From the NCBI GenBank assembly GCA_964359085.1, contig CAYHRT010000001.1, positions 1-56,721 on the forward strand: a stretch of 56,721 nt of DNA, in the 5' to 3' direction. The position numbers and the translations under genes were made by a program. This DNA comes from an uncultured Bdellovibrio sp. (GTDB lineage Bacteria > Bdellovibrionota > Bacteriovoracia > Bacteriovoracales > Bacteriovoracaceae). This document shows, in pieces, positions 43,984 to 53,745 of this stretch (positions within the stretch are counted from its first letter, which is position 1; each line of letters opens with the position of its first letter). The notes beneath the pieces are model-generated. The model was not told where the DNA came from. It saw only the letters and a list, made by a program, of their open reading frames with translations, and did no database searches.

Positions 43984-46134
43984 TCACCTTCCAAACAATT
44001 GACAGCGTGTTTGCGCCTCGCCCACTGTAGCGGCACTAGAATGCTCACGGCCTAAAACTGGTGGAATCAAATCAACACCCGCAGCTGTGCGCGAGGCCGA
44101 GAAGCGGAATTTGTCGGCCCTGGTTTCCCATTTGGTTTTAAGCGTTTGGTACGCGGTATCGGCATTGCTGGTTGGCAGCGCTCTCAATTCAGAACAAAAG
44201 GCCGCTACGGCCGTGTCTCGTATGATGTCATCACCCCCTTCCAACATAACTTCGATTCGATCAGTGATTTCTAAATTTCCAGCGGCATTTCTTTTCACTT
44301 TAAAGGTACCACCTTGATCCTCATCACCTGTACCAGTTATAGCGGTTGCAATTTCATCCATACTATCGGCCTTCGCACTGGCCTCGAAAAGCAAAGTGCC
44401 AATATGCGATTCCAGCTTGGCAATACAACTTTTATTCCAAGCTGTCAGTTTGGTCGTATAAACATCAAAAGCAGCGTTGAACGCCATTTCTGCCAAAGTA
44501 TCTGGAGGCGGATTAGGTTTATTGGCCATATTACAGGTATTTTTATATCGCTCTAACAAATTCAAGTTGCTTAAAATTCTGGCACAAAAATGCTGATCAG
44601 ACTTTTGGCCCAGACAATCCCTGATAATAGTCTCATGCAGCTCTCGGGCCCTACGAAGAGAAGACAGCACATCATCTTTGGAAAATTGGTTACAGAAATT
44701 GGCGTTAGTTCCTGTTGCGTTTTGTGGATTTTGGGTTACGTTCAGACACTGTTGGCATCCTTCACGAGTAATCTGCCCCCTCTTGCCACTACAAAGAGCA
44801 GTGCATCCATAGACATCGTCATTGTAGTGAGGATGGTTGTGCCCGGGCCCACCATCATGGCCACAGGTGTGGAGAATCTCATGAAAGATCACATCCACCA
44901 GTTTTGATTTTTCGTAATAACCCATGGGTGAAGAAAGGGGTTTGCGTGACATCCGAGTCAACATCGGATCAAGACCAGTTAAGAAAAAATCTCCCGGTTT
45001 CGCCTCCCAGGCAAATCCATTAGTAGTATTGTAAAAGGTAATGGCCGTGGTTTTGCACTCCTGTTTCTTCGCTGCGGTAGATGCATCCTTGCAAAATTGT
45101 TCTGCATAGCGATCGGCCTGTCCACTTTCACGCACATCATGCATACACAACATTTTTTTGTCACCCTGCTCAGTCTGACAAGCGTTATCAACGTCTTGCT
45201 GCTCTTGAGGTGTCATCTGCCCCATGCCATGGCCGCAGCGAATGCGTGGACGTTCGGGAATCAGCGAACGGGTCAGGCAATCGTCCACAAAACGGGGATT
45301 GATTTGTGCCAAGCAAGTAAAACGTTTTTCCGTCACTTCCCTTAGTGCCTTTTGGATATTTTCAATCTCTTGAGGGTCTGAGCAGGAGGCGGTATCAATT
45401 CTGAAGCCTGAAGGAGTGTAAATTGTCTCTCCTGTTTTACAGGTGAGCAGAGTGTAGTTTCGAGCAAAAAGCTCAGCATTACGAATCATATCAGTCTGCA
45501 AGAGGTCCTGGCAGTTGGTTAAAACCCGACCATCACCGCTGGGACGATTGGCCAGGCACTCGGCATACTCGGTCCTGACCGAGGTTCTTACGGCCGCTCG
45601 CTCTTGGGAGAGCTCCCCAACCGACTTGTAGGAATCGAGCGATAAGTGTTGCTCGCGTTTTATTTCAAGCCACTGGTCTTGGCGCAACTCAGATGTAATT
45701 ACAGTTTTGAGAAAATCCACATACCTTATATCGACCTTTCTTTTCGCTTGCGCATATTCATGATTTTCCGAAGTAATGCGATCATATCCGTCGTAGATGA
45801 TGGAGTGTTTCTCCAGCAGTTTACCGCTTTCCAACTCAGGTTGGCCGCTGGAGTAGAGCCGCATCTCCCCGCTAAAAACTTTTGGAAGATAACTGTAATG
45901 CCATTTTGACATAATAAAAGGTTGGTGCGAGTGAATCAGGGAAATGGTCTTAATGTTGAAACCATCAGAATCAAATGAGCGAATGACGTCTATTTTGCCA
46001 TCACCATCAAGGTCCACATGGGTAAGCTTGGTGGTGTTTAAAACCGCCATGCCTTCGGGAGTCAAACTCACCGCCTTCACCAACGTCGGTATTATGGCGT
46101 TTAGGATCATGAAAAAGAAAATTATTCGCCCCAC
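43984..46134 (-). CDS. large Cys-rich secreted protein with HExxH motif
   Basis: 716 aa. Signal peptide. DLDGDGKIDV calcium-loop-like segment. VIFHEILHTCGHDGGPGHNHPHY. Many Cys residues throughout. Confidence 0.65.
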   Translation of the reverse strand: MGRIIFFFMILNAIIPTLVKAVSLTPEGMAVLNTTKLTHVDLDGDGKIDVIRSFDSDGFNIKTISLIHSHQPFIMSKWHYSYLPKVFSGEMRLYSSGQPELESGKLLEKHSIIYDGYDRITSENHEYAQAKRKVDIRYVDFLKTVITSELRQDQWLEIKREQHLSLDSYKSVGELSQERAAVRTSVRTEYAECLANRPSGDGRVLTNCQDLLQTDMIRNAELFARNYTLLTCKTGETIYTPSGFRIDTASCSDPQEIENIQKALREVTEKRFTCLAQINPRFVDDCLTRSLIPERPRIRCGHGMGQMTPQEQQDVDNACQTEQGDKKMLCMHDVRESGQADRYAEQFCKDASTAAKKQECKTTAITFYNTTNGFAWEAKPGDFFLTGLDPMLTRMSRKPLSSPMGYYEKSKLVDVIFHEILHTCGHDGGPGHNHPHYNDDVYGCTALCSGKRGQITREGCQQCLNVTQNPQNATGTNANFCNQFSKDDVLSSLRRARELHETIIRDCLGQKSDQHFCARILSNLNLLERYKNTCNMANKPNPPPDTLAEMAFNAAFDVYTTKLTAWNKSCIAKLESHIGTLLFEASAKADSMDEIATAITGTGDEDQGGTFKVKRNAAGNLEITDRIEVMLEGGDDIIRDTAVAAFCSELRALPTSNADTAYQTLKTKWETRADKFRFSASRTAAGVDLIPPVLGREHSSAATVGEAQTRCQLFGR

Positions 46135-46516
46135 AGGATCTCTCCCAATAGAACTTATCGGAAAAAGGGCACCTGGTCTTTACCGCTGTAATTTCAATGG
46201 AATATGCCATAATTTATGCCTCAAGAGGGAGCAGGACAGTTGACAGGGAGAAAGGCCGGAGCACATTGGTAGGAATCAAGTTAGCATAGTTCTTATCCAT
46301 CTCTTTTTAAATCTAAAGTCGGCATGATGGCTGCTAAAAAAAGTCTCCACAGGATTAATATTTTCCAAACCGTTAATATTTATTTCTATACATATTCTTT
46401 AAGAGACATTTCTAAGTGACTCCCATCTGTTCGGCATTGTCACAACGGTTAAAGGACCTTGCATGAAAGAAGGTACCTTCCATTTTGTCCATTCCTACTT
46501 AAAAGCAGCCATGTCA

Positions 46517-46984
46517 TTAAAAACCAGGAAATTTTCTGATGCCCACAATTCTTTCGTAATAATAGCGGTTATTGACGTTATCGATGTGAATGCCGTTAGA
46601 AAAGGAGGCATGAACGAAATAGCCTTTACCAACATAAATTCCCACATGATCAACCCGCCTACTACTGGGGTTTTTCATGGAAAAGAAAATTAAATCGGCT
46701 TCGCGCACACTAGTGGGGCCAAGATAAGCCGTTAATCTAAATTGATCACCGGAAACGCGTGGCACTCCGAACCCGGCCCTGTGATAGACGAGTTGGACAA
46801 AACCCGAACAGTCAAGGCCGGTCTGAGGATTGGTGCCGCCCCAGAGATAGGGAATACTTAAATAATCCATGGTACTGCGAACAATGGCCTGTCTGGCTTC
46901 TTGGATCGTCCTTGCCGGAACGGAATCAATCCCAAAAGAAAAAATAGTTAGGACCAAGATTGTGTGAACTTTCCATTTCAACAT
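46517..46984 (-). CDS. NlpC/P60-family peptidoglycan hydrolase
   Basis: YLWGGTNPQTGLDCSGFVQLVY .. DHVGIYVGKGYFVHAS (Cys-His catalytic pattern). Signal peptide. Confidence 0.85.
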   Translation of the reverse strand: MLKWKVHTILVLTIFSFGIDSVPARTIQEARQAIVRSTMDYLSIPYLWGGTNPQTGLDCSGFVQLVYHRAGFGVPRVSGDQFRLTAYLGPTSVREADLIFFSMKNPSSRRVDHVGIYVGKGYFVHASFSNGIHIDNVNNRYYYERIVGIRKFPGF

Positions 46985-47046
46985 GCAAAGAGACCATCAA
47001 TTTATACTTTCAAAACATAATATATTGCAATATAGTAATTCCCACA

Positions 47047-47811
47047 ATGCAAAATTCATATATAAAACTTCTTGTTGTACTAAGTTACACTTATATTACT
47101 CTAAGTGGCGCGCCATTACTTGCGGCCGAGTTGCCCAATTTAAAAAATCAAGGTGCCTGGACTAGCGGCGATAAAAAAAGTTTTATTTATTATTTAGAGT
47201 CGGGCAAACAGGCCCCGGTTTCGGGAAATGTGAAGACCGAAGAATCTCAGGTATCAATTGAACCACAATCTGAGGATAAGCTGAACTTTGACTTCGGTAA
47301 GGCCAAATATGTCAATTTTAGTCTTCTGACAAATTCCATGTACACTGTTGGATCTGACAATGTCAGGCATTCCGTCTCAAACAATTTGGGCGCAAAAATC
47401 TTAGTCGGCGGACATATTTTTTCTTGGGTCAGAACATATTTTGGCCTGCAATACTCAGGCATGGACCAGAAGATGAAAAATGGCCAAAAGGCGCGGCTTA
47501 ATCATTATGAATTTCCGGCCGGTTTTGAACTCGCACTTATTCCCCTCGGCACTCCCCACACTCGCTATGTCCTTTTACGAGGCGGAGTGGCCGTCCATTA
47601 CATTCAGGGAAATCGTCGTGATGCAGATTTCGACACAACTTTGCTGGGTGTGCGTGGCACCTGGAATGGCGGGCTAGGCTATGAGTGGCAAATTGCGGAA
47701 ACCAGTTTGCGTGTAAATCTGCTAATCGAAGGCTTTAAATCCATGAGCCGAGAAAATGGTTCCAAATTTATTGGCGCTGGTTTAACTACTGGCGTGGCGT
47801 ATACCTTTTAG
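47047..47811 (+). CDS. outer-membrane beta-barrel protein
   Basis: Start trimmed to ATG 47047. Signal peptide ..GAPLLAAE. Alternating beta-strand pattern. C-terminal ..TTGVAYTF. Confidence 0.6.
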   Translation: MQNSYIKLLVVLSYTYITLSGAPLLAAELPNLKNQGAWTSGDKKSFIYYLESGKQAPVSGNVKTEESQVSIEPQSEDKLNFDFGKAKYVNFSLLTNSMYTVGSDNVRHSVSNNLGAKILVGGHIFSWVRTYFGLQYSGMDQKMKNGQKARLNHYEFPAGFELALIPLGTPHTRYVLLRGGVAVHYIQGNRRDADFDTTLLGVRGTWNGGLGYEWQIAETSLRVNLLIEGFKSMSRENGSKFIGAGLTTGVAYTF

Positions 47812-47819
47812 AGGTTTTC

Positions 47820-49025
47820 ATGCCAGACAAAAAAGTTGTTATTGTGGGGGGAGGAATCTCGGGTTTAAGCTTCGTCTCACAAGCGATTCAAGCAGATTAC
47901 CAAACGACTCTCATTGAAAGCACCGATCGTATCGGCGGTTGCTTTGATTCTCACCGATTTGGAGATTTCAGCTTGGAGTTGGGTGCCCACACCTGCTACA
48001 ACTCTTATCGCGGCTTGATTTCCATTATAGAAAAATACGCGCTGGCCGATGCCCTTTTAAAAAGAAATAAAGTTTCTTTTATGGTCTATAATAAGGGAAA
48101 AGTGGAGAAGATTGTAAAGCATCTTTCTTTTCTAGAAATCTTAGTCTCACTGCCAAAAATTTTTAATATAAAGAAAGGTAACCTTTCCGTCAAAGATTAC
48201 TACCAGGCCATTCTCGGTAGCAATAATTATAAAAATATTTTAGGCCCATCATTCAATGCCGTTTTGTCTCAAGATGCAGGCCCATTTCCGGCAGATTCTC
48301 TCTTTAAAAAAAGAGAACGACGTAAAGATATTTTTCGTAGTTACACCCTAAGAGGTGGTCTACAAACGATTGCGGATAAGATCTCTCAGGACAAGAAACT
48401 TACCATTCATACGACCTGTACTCTCACAAAAATCATGAAAACTGATTCGGGTTTTCAACTCACGCTCAGCAGTGGTGAACTGTTGCAGACAGATTTTCTC
48501 GTGTTGGCCACTCCCGTCTCCAGCGCCACCGCCTACCTGAAAGATTTGTACCCAAACATCGCGAGCGAGCTTTCCAAAATTGAGACAGCTCAAGTCGAGT
48601 CTGTGGGTGTCGTTGTGGATAAAATGAAAGTAAAACATCCTCCCTTCGCAGGTCTGATTCCAACCAATGACGACTTCTTTTCAGTCGTCTCTCGTGATGT
48701 CATCACCCATGAGAAATTTCGTGGTTTCACTTTTCATTTTCGCCCTGGCTTACTGGATGAAAAGCAAAAATTGGCGAAAATCACGCAAGTCTTAGGCATT
48801 ACCCAAGATGATCTCATCGACACTGAGGAGAGAACCCGCTCACTTCCTAAATTAAGTATGCAACATAAAAACATTTTAGCAAAAATTGATCAGGCGCTGA
48901 TCGGTACTAATATTTATCTGACAGGAAATTATTTTCAAGGACTGGCGGTTGAAGATTGTATCAATCGCTCATTTTTAGAATTTAATAGACTAATCCAGGA
49001 ATTCGTCCATCAAAAGTCTAGTTGA
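47820..49025 (+). CDS. FAD-dependent oxidoreductase, protoporphyrinogen-oxidase-like
   Basis: VVIVGGGISGLS dinucleotide-binding motif. Length and C-terminal YLTGNYFQGLAVEDCI are typical of the PPOX/amine-oxidase fold. Confidence 0.72.
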   Translation: MPDKKVVIVGGGISGLSFVSQAIQADYQTTLIESTDRIGGCFDSHRFGDFSLELGAHTCYNSYRGLISIIEKYALADALLKRNKVSFMVYNKGKVEKIVKHLSFLEILVSLPKIFNIKKGNLSVKDYYQAILGSNNYKNILGPSFNAVLSQDAGPFPADSLFKKRERRKDIFRSYTLRGGLQTIADKISQDKKLTIHTTCTLTKIMKTDSGFQLTLSSGELLQTDFLVLATPVSSATAYLKDLYPNIASELSKIETAQVESVGVVVDKMKVKHPPFAGLIPTNDDFFSVVSRDVITHEKFRGFTFHFRPGLLDEKQKLAKITQVLGITQDDLIDTEERTRSLPKLSMQHKNILAKIDQALIGTNIYLTGNYFQGLAVEDCINRSFLEFNRLIQEFVHQKSS

Positions 49026-49084
49026 ATTACCAGATGAATTTCATTACCCTTACTTTGAATTATTAAACTGAAAGAGGTAATAAT

Positions 49085-49309
49085 ATGGAATGCTGTTCAA
49101 CTGAATCTACCTGTGGCTGTCCTTGTCACAAAATGAACGGAATTTTACTGACGCTCATTGGTGTCGCTTTTTTGCTTGGCAATCTCGATGTCATTAGTAT
49201 GAAAGTGCTAAATATCACCTGGCCGATTCTTGTCATTCTGCTTGGTCTGAAGAACACCTGCCCCGGTATGTGCAAATGTTGTACGAAAGCTTTGCCACCA
49301 GCAAAATAA
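49085..49309 (+). CDS. small Cys-rich two-TM membrane protein
   Basis: 74 aa. N-terminus MECCSTESTCGCPCH, two hydrophobic segments, C-terminus CPGMCKCC. gaggtaataatATG context. Confidence 0.45.
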   Translation: MECCSTESTCGCPCHKMNGILLTLIGVAFLLGNLDVISMKVLNITWPILVILLGLKNTCPGMCKCCTKALPPAK

Positions 49310-49338
49310 TACCAAACGCATAAGAGATAGGAGCTTCG

Positions 49339-49824
49339 TTAAACTCCGCAACACTTCTTGTATTTTTTCCCAGAACCGCAGGTGCAAGGCTCATTGCGCC
49401 CTACCTTGGGAGTTGCCTGAACGAGAGGTGTTTTGAAAACTTTGCCATCGACAAAGTACCAAACCCCGTCTTGTTTTTGAAAGGTCGAACGTTCATGGTG
49501 AGTGTGCTCAATATTTTTGTGGCGGTATGTGGCCTTAAATTCTACCACGCCATTTTGATCTTGAAGGCCACCATTTTTGGTATCGAGAATTTGCAGCCCA
49601 AGCCAGGTTGAATCCTGTGCCCACTCACGCGTACCCTTTTCATCAAAATCCTCACTTCCCTTGGGATGTTGGGTTTTTTTAATGTACTCCACATTGCACG
49701 AGCAATAAGCACTGTAGCGTGCACGCATAGTGGCCTCAGCGGTGGGCGGCTGTTTTGTACCCGCGATATAAGGTTCACAGCATTCTTTAAACTCTTTTTT
49801 AATTCCACAAAAACATTCCGACAT
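49339..49824 (-). CDS. ychJ: YchJ-family (UPF0225) protein with SEC-C motifs
   Basis: CFCG..ECCEPY at the N-terminus and [17 protein letters not shown] at the C-terminus. Confidence 0.85.
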   Translation of the reverse strand: MSECFCGIKKEFKECCEPYIAGTKQPPTAEATMRARYSAYCSCNVEYIKKTQHPKGSEDFDEKGTREWAQDSTWLGLQILDTKNGGLQDQNGVVEFKATYRHKNIEHTHHERSTFQKQDGVWYFVDGKVFKTPLVQATPKVGRNEPCTCGSGKKYKKCCGV

Positions 49825-49845
49825 ACAACCGACCTCGTATTTTTT

Positions 49846-51501
49846 CTACTGTCTATGCCCCAATTCACCTAAAACGTCACGCCCAAAAAGTTCAACCTTG
49901 GCCGGGCCGAAGCCGTAAACATCATAAAGCTCGCTCAAGTTGGTGGGATTTTTTATCGCAAGTTCGTGTAGAGTGCGATCACTGAAAACGATGAAAGCAG
50001 GAATATCTTTTTCCCGGGCATATTGCCGGCGCCAATCTTTGAGCAGCAACCGACGCACTTCGCTCTGAGAATCGAGCGGCTTGTCTTCTGTCGATGATTT
50101 CTTTTTGCTTTTTTTAGTTTGAACTTTAACTTCCTTAACCTTCGGCGCATTGGCCAGCACCGTCACCACCATGGGAGAATCAGGTGTGCAAGAATCGCAG
50201 TGGCCACAATTTTCAATGCGCTCACTGTCCTTGAAGTAGGTTAAAATTCCGGCATGCCGACACTCACCACCCTCGGCAAACTGAATCATGGCATTCAACG
50301 AATCCCAGCGGCGCCGGATGACAAAGTCGCTGGCGGTGGATTGCTGGATAAAGTACGATTGAAGGCCTTTGTCTTTTTTCGAGTAGAGAAGCAAGCAGCG
50401 CGAAGGTTGTCCATCGCGTCCGGCGCGGCCCATTTCCTGATAAAACGATTCGATATTGGCGGGCATTTGATAATGCACAACCAGTCTGACGTTGGGATAA
50501 TCAATCCCCATTCCAAAGGCGTTGGTGGCGGCCAAAATACGCAGCCTGCCGGCATCCAATTTTTCTTGGATCTCTTGGCGTTTTTCAGTGTCGAGACCAG
50601 CGTGATAATAGGCCACGCCTTTAAATTCTTTTTTCAGTGTTTGGGTCAAGTCTTGGCACAATTGCCGGGTACCACAATAAATGAGCACGCGTCCTTCGGG
50701 AACATCACGCAGGGCCTGGCACAAAATCTTGAACTTCATTTCATCACTGGAACAAATTTCAACTTGGTAGAATAAATTGGGACGATAAAATCCATGAACA
50801 TGATGATCGGGTTTTTTTAACAAAAGCTGGGCCACCATATCTTTTAAAACTGGTGGTGTGGCAGTCGCAGTCAAGGCCAGAATGGGAACGTCAGGGCACA
50901 GCTCGCGCAGGATTTGTAATTTATGATAATCCTCGCGAAAATCCGGCCCCCACTGAGAAACACAATGGGCCTCATCTATGGCAAATAACACCACATTTTG
51001 CTTTTTGACCCACTCTTGGAAGCCAGGGTTTTGCACTCGCTCAGGCGAAAGATAGAGAACAAAGGGCCCACCCTTTTTCATCTCGTCGAAAATGAGACGT
51101 TTTTCATCCAGCGTTTGGCCAGAGTAAAAGGCCCCAGCGCGCATCTTCAAATTCTGTAGGCCGCGCACCTGATCTTTCATCAGGGCAATCAGGGGAGAAA
51201 CCACGACCACTAGGCCCTCTAAAAAAAGCGATGGCAGTTGATAGCACAACGACTTCCCGCCGCCCGTAGGCATAACTGCCAAAGCATCGCGCCGGTGTAA
51301 AATAGATTCTAAAATCGCCAACTGGCCCTTGCGAAATTGTTTTAGTCCAAAATTTTTCTGCAAAAAATTGGTCAGCCTAAATTCCAAGGCCTGGTCGAGG
51401 GATGTGCGAGCATTTTGAAGCATGGTTGATGCTACTTCACCCCCGATTACAAAGAAACAATTGAGATGATCGGGTACTGTCTTTTTCACTTTGCTTGACA
51501 T
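49846..51501 (-). CDS. recQ: RecQ-family ATP-dependent DNA helicase with HRDC domain
   Basis: MPTGGGKSLCYQLP, DEAHCVSQWG.DFR, LTATAT, a zinc-binding CRH..CGHCDSC, and a C-terminal HRDC-like segment. The start may be at 51423. Confidence 0.9.
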   Translation of the reverse strand: MSSKVKKTVPDHLNCFFVIGGEVASTMLQNARTSLDQALEFRLTNFLQKNFGLKQFRKGQLAILESILHRRDALAVMPTGGGKSLCYQLPSLFLEGLVVVVSPLIALMKDQVRGLQNLKMRAGAFYSGQTLDEKRLIFDEMKKGGPFVLYLSPERVQNPGFQEWVKKQNVVLFAIDEAHCVSQWGPDFREDYHKLQILRELCPDVPILALTATATPPVLKDMVAQLLLKKPDHHVHGFYRPNLFYQVEICSSDEMKFKILCQALRDVPEGRVLIYCGTRQLCQDLTQTLKKEFKGVAYYHAGLDTEKRQEIQEKLDAGRLRILAATNAFGMGIDYPNVRLVVHYQMPANIESFYQEMGRAGRDGQPSRCLLLYSKKDKGLQSYFIQQSTASDFVIRRRWDSLNAMIQFAEGGECRHAGILTYFKDSERIENCGHCDSCTPDSPMVVTVLANAPKVKEVKVQTKKSKKKSSTEDKPLDSQSEVRRLLLKDWRRQYAREKDIPAFIVFSDRTLHELAIKNPTNLSELYDVYGFGPAKVELFGRDVLGELGHRQ

Positions 51502-51545
51502 TCCGTGGCAAAAAGTCGAGTGTGCGATAAGTACAGGGAGTCAAT

Positions 51546-52679
51546 GTGTTAAATTTCGACAATTTAGGTTTATCAGAAGGCATTCTTTTAGCGATTAAGA
51601 CAAAAGGGTATAGCACCCCAACTCCTATTCAGGTCCAGGCCATCCCCCATCTCATCCAAGGACGAGACTTGCTGGGGATCGCTCAAACAGGGACGGGAAA
51701 AACCGCTGCCTTTGCGCTGCCGCTGATTGACCGTTTGACCAAAAACCGAGTGAAGGCCCGACCGGCCCGTGTGCGCGCTTTGATTCTGACGCCGACCCGC
51801 GAGTTAGCGGCCCAGATCTTGGCCAGCATCAATATCTATGCAAAAAATGCAAAGCTGAGTAACGCTGTTGTGTTCGGTGGTGTGAGTGAGCGCCCCCAAA
51901 TTATGGCCATGTCCCGGGGAGTTGATATTTTGGTCGCCACTCCCGGACGCCTGCTCGACTTAATGGAGCAAGGACACGTCCGCTTTGAACAGCTGGAAGT
52001 TTTCATTCTGGACGAAGCCGACCGCATGCTGGATATGGGCTTCATTACCGACGTCAAAAGAGTTATTCGTCAATTGCCGGCAAAAAGACAAACTCTGCTC
52101 TTCTCAGCCACTATGCCTCAAGATATTGCGTCTCTCGCCAGCACCATGCTCTACCAACCTGTGCGGGTTGAGGTGACACCTCAGTCAACCACGGTAGAAA
52201 AAGTCGAACAGAAAGTCGCCATGGTGGAAAAGGGAAATCGCCTGATGCTTCTGCGAAATATTGTGCGCCAGAATTCAAAGGGAAGTGTGTTGGTTTTTAC
52301 TCGCACTAAGCATGGCGCCGATCGGGTAGTTCGACACCTGGAGCGGGAAAAAGTGGTGGCCATGGCCATTCACGGAAATAAATCCCAAAACGCCCGCGAG
52401 CGCGCTCTGCAAAGTTTTCGCTCTGGAAAAATTCAAGTGCTGGTTGCCACTGATATCGCCGCACGCGGTATTGATGTGCCAGGAGTTGGCCACGTCATCA
52501 ATTATGACCTGCCCGAAGATCCTGAAAGTTATGTCCATCGTATAGGGCGAACGGCCCGGGCCGGACTCGGAGGTGTAGCCATTTCCTTCTGTGACAATAG
52601 CGAATTACATCTTCTGCGCGCGGTAGAACGTTTAATCAAACGCAAGGTTCCTGTGGATACTAGTCTTCAGCACCGTTAA
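51546..52679 (+). CDS. rhlE: DEAD-box ATP-dependent RNA helicase (RhlE-like)
   Basis: GTG start. Q-motif GYSTPTPIQ, AQTGTGKT, PTRELA, DEAD, SAT and HRIGRTARAG. Confidence 0.92.
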   Translation: MLNFDNLGLSEGILLAIKTKGYSTPTPIQVQAIPHLIQGRDLLGIAQTGTGKTAAFALPLIDRLTKNRVKARPARVRALILTPTRELAAQILASINIYAKNAKLSNAVVFGGVSERPQIMAMSRGVDILVATPGRLLDLMEQGHVRFEQLEVFILDEADRMLDMGFITDVKRVIRQLPAKRQTLLFSATMPQDIASLASTMLYQPVRVEVTPQSTTVEKVEQKVAMVEKGNRLMLLRNIVRQNSKGSVLVFTRTKHGADRVVRHLEREKVVAMAIHGNKSQNARERALQSFRSGKIQVLVATDIAARGIDVPGVGHVINYDLPEDPESYVHRIGRTARAGLGGVAISFCDNSELHLLRAVERLIKRKVPVDTSLQHR

Positions 52680-52740
52680 AAGTCATTCCATCCGATTTCC
52701 TTTACTACTTTACAAGATAAGTCAGATAACTTAGCGTTTT

Positions 52741-52914
52741 AACCTGAGTTTGGAATTAGGGTCGTAGCGAGAAGTCGTCTGACAAAGGAGTTCAAGGACG
52801 CACAAGTGAAAAACCGGAGGCGTAGCAGAGCTACGTCGAGGATTTTGAACGCGGAGGACGCTGAAATCCTTTGTCAGGCGGCTTCGCAGTAGACCCTAAT
52901 TTCAAACTCAGGTT
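52741..52914 (+). repeat. Family-B long-hairpin intergenic element, copy 2 (174 nt)
   Basis: Differs from 30277-30450 at only 4 positions (52754, 52875, 52901, 52902), all of them in paired positions. Confidence 0.92.
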
Positions 52915-52935
52915 TTCAGGGCGCTACACATCTCA

Positions 52936-53715
52936 ATGGAGGTTCTTGTGTCAAAATCTGTCTTAGGAATGGGAATGGCCAGTTGGCTCCTCATGCTACT
53001 CATGTCGGTGATCATTTTTTCGGCATGCGCTCAAACAGATACGACAGACAGGACAAATGCGAATGATAGCAATTTGATTGCTGAAGAGGATATGCGAAAG
53101 ATACCAGACCTCTTACCCACCACCTATTATTTGGCCTATGAAACTCGCACCTCCTGCAAAGGGATGTACCGAGGCGTGGATTATAAGGGTGATGAGTTGA
53201 GTGAGGTGCTGACTCCTGCCAACGAGGTTTTGGCCCAAGTGTGCACTCGTTTTTTACAGGTTCTCAAGATGGAAGGTAGTGGTGTTCTGAAAGATCGAGG
53301 CCAGGGGCCCGTCACCATCAATTGGGCGGGGAATGGTCGTTTTCGCGTGCTTGACCGCTGTACATATGGCGAAGGCACCAAAGATTATTGCCTCCTTCCC
53401 TTCTATACCATCGCCGCAGATTTGAAGGTGCATAAACCAGGTGAAATACTTTACGTTCCTACCGCAAAAGGCCTCAAACTACCCGATGGAACCACTCACC
53501 TAGGTTTTTTTGAAGTGCGTGATACGGGCAGTGCCTTCGTGGGTATCGGTGCCCAACGAGTAGATTTATTTGTGGCCGAACAAGATGATAGCGATAACGT
53601 CTTTCGTGAGGCCGGGATGAACCACAAAACACCCCTGCCGGCCTTTAAAGTCACCGGGGAGTCTGCGATGCGCGCTCAGGTCTTATTAAAAGAAAAATTT
53701 AAAAATTTGTACTGA
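52936..53715 (+). CDS. 3D-domain (MltA-like) lipoprotein
   Basis: Lipobox IIFSAC. TIAADLKVHKPGEILYVP .. VRDTGSAFVGIGAQRVDLFV matches the three-Asp 3D-domain pattern. Confidence 0.65.
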   Translation: MEVLVSKSVLGMGMASWLLMLLMSVIIFSACAQTDTTDRTNANDSNLIAEEDMRKIPDLLPTTYYLAYETRTSCKGMYRGVDYKGDELSEVLTPANEVLAQVCTRFLQVLKMEGSGVLKDRGQGPVTINWAGNGRFRVLDRCTYGEGTKDYCLLPFYTIAADLKVHKPGEILYVPTAKGLKLPDGTTHLGFFEVRDTGSAFVGIGAQRVDLFVAEQDDSDNVFREAGMNHKTPLPAFKVTGESAMRAQVLLKEKFKNLY

Positions 53716-53745
53716 ATTTTCCCACTAGGCCTACAATAAGAGAAT

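Noticed and set aside
581-52914. The four repeated elements as a CRISPR array or similar
   Set aside because: The copies are 11-22 kb apart, 174-189 nt long and internally palindromic, and they are separated by ordinary genes. No short regularly spaced repeats or cas genes are present.
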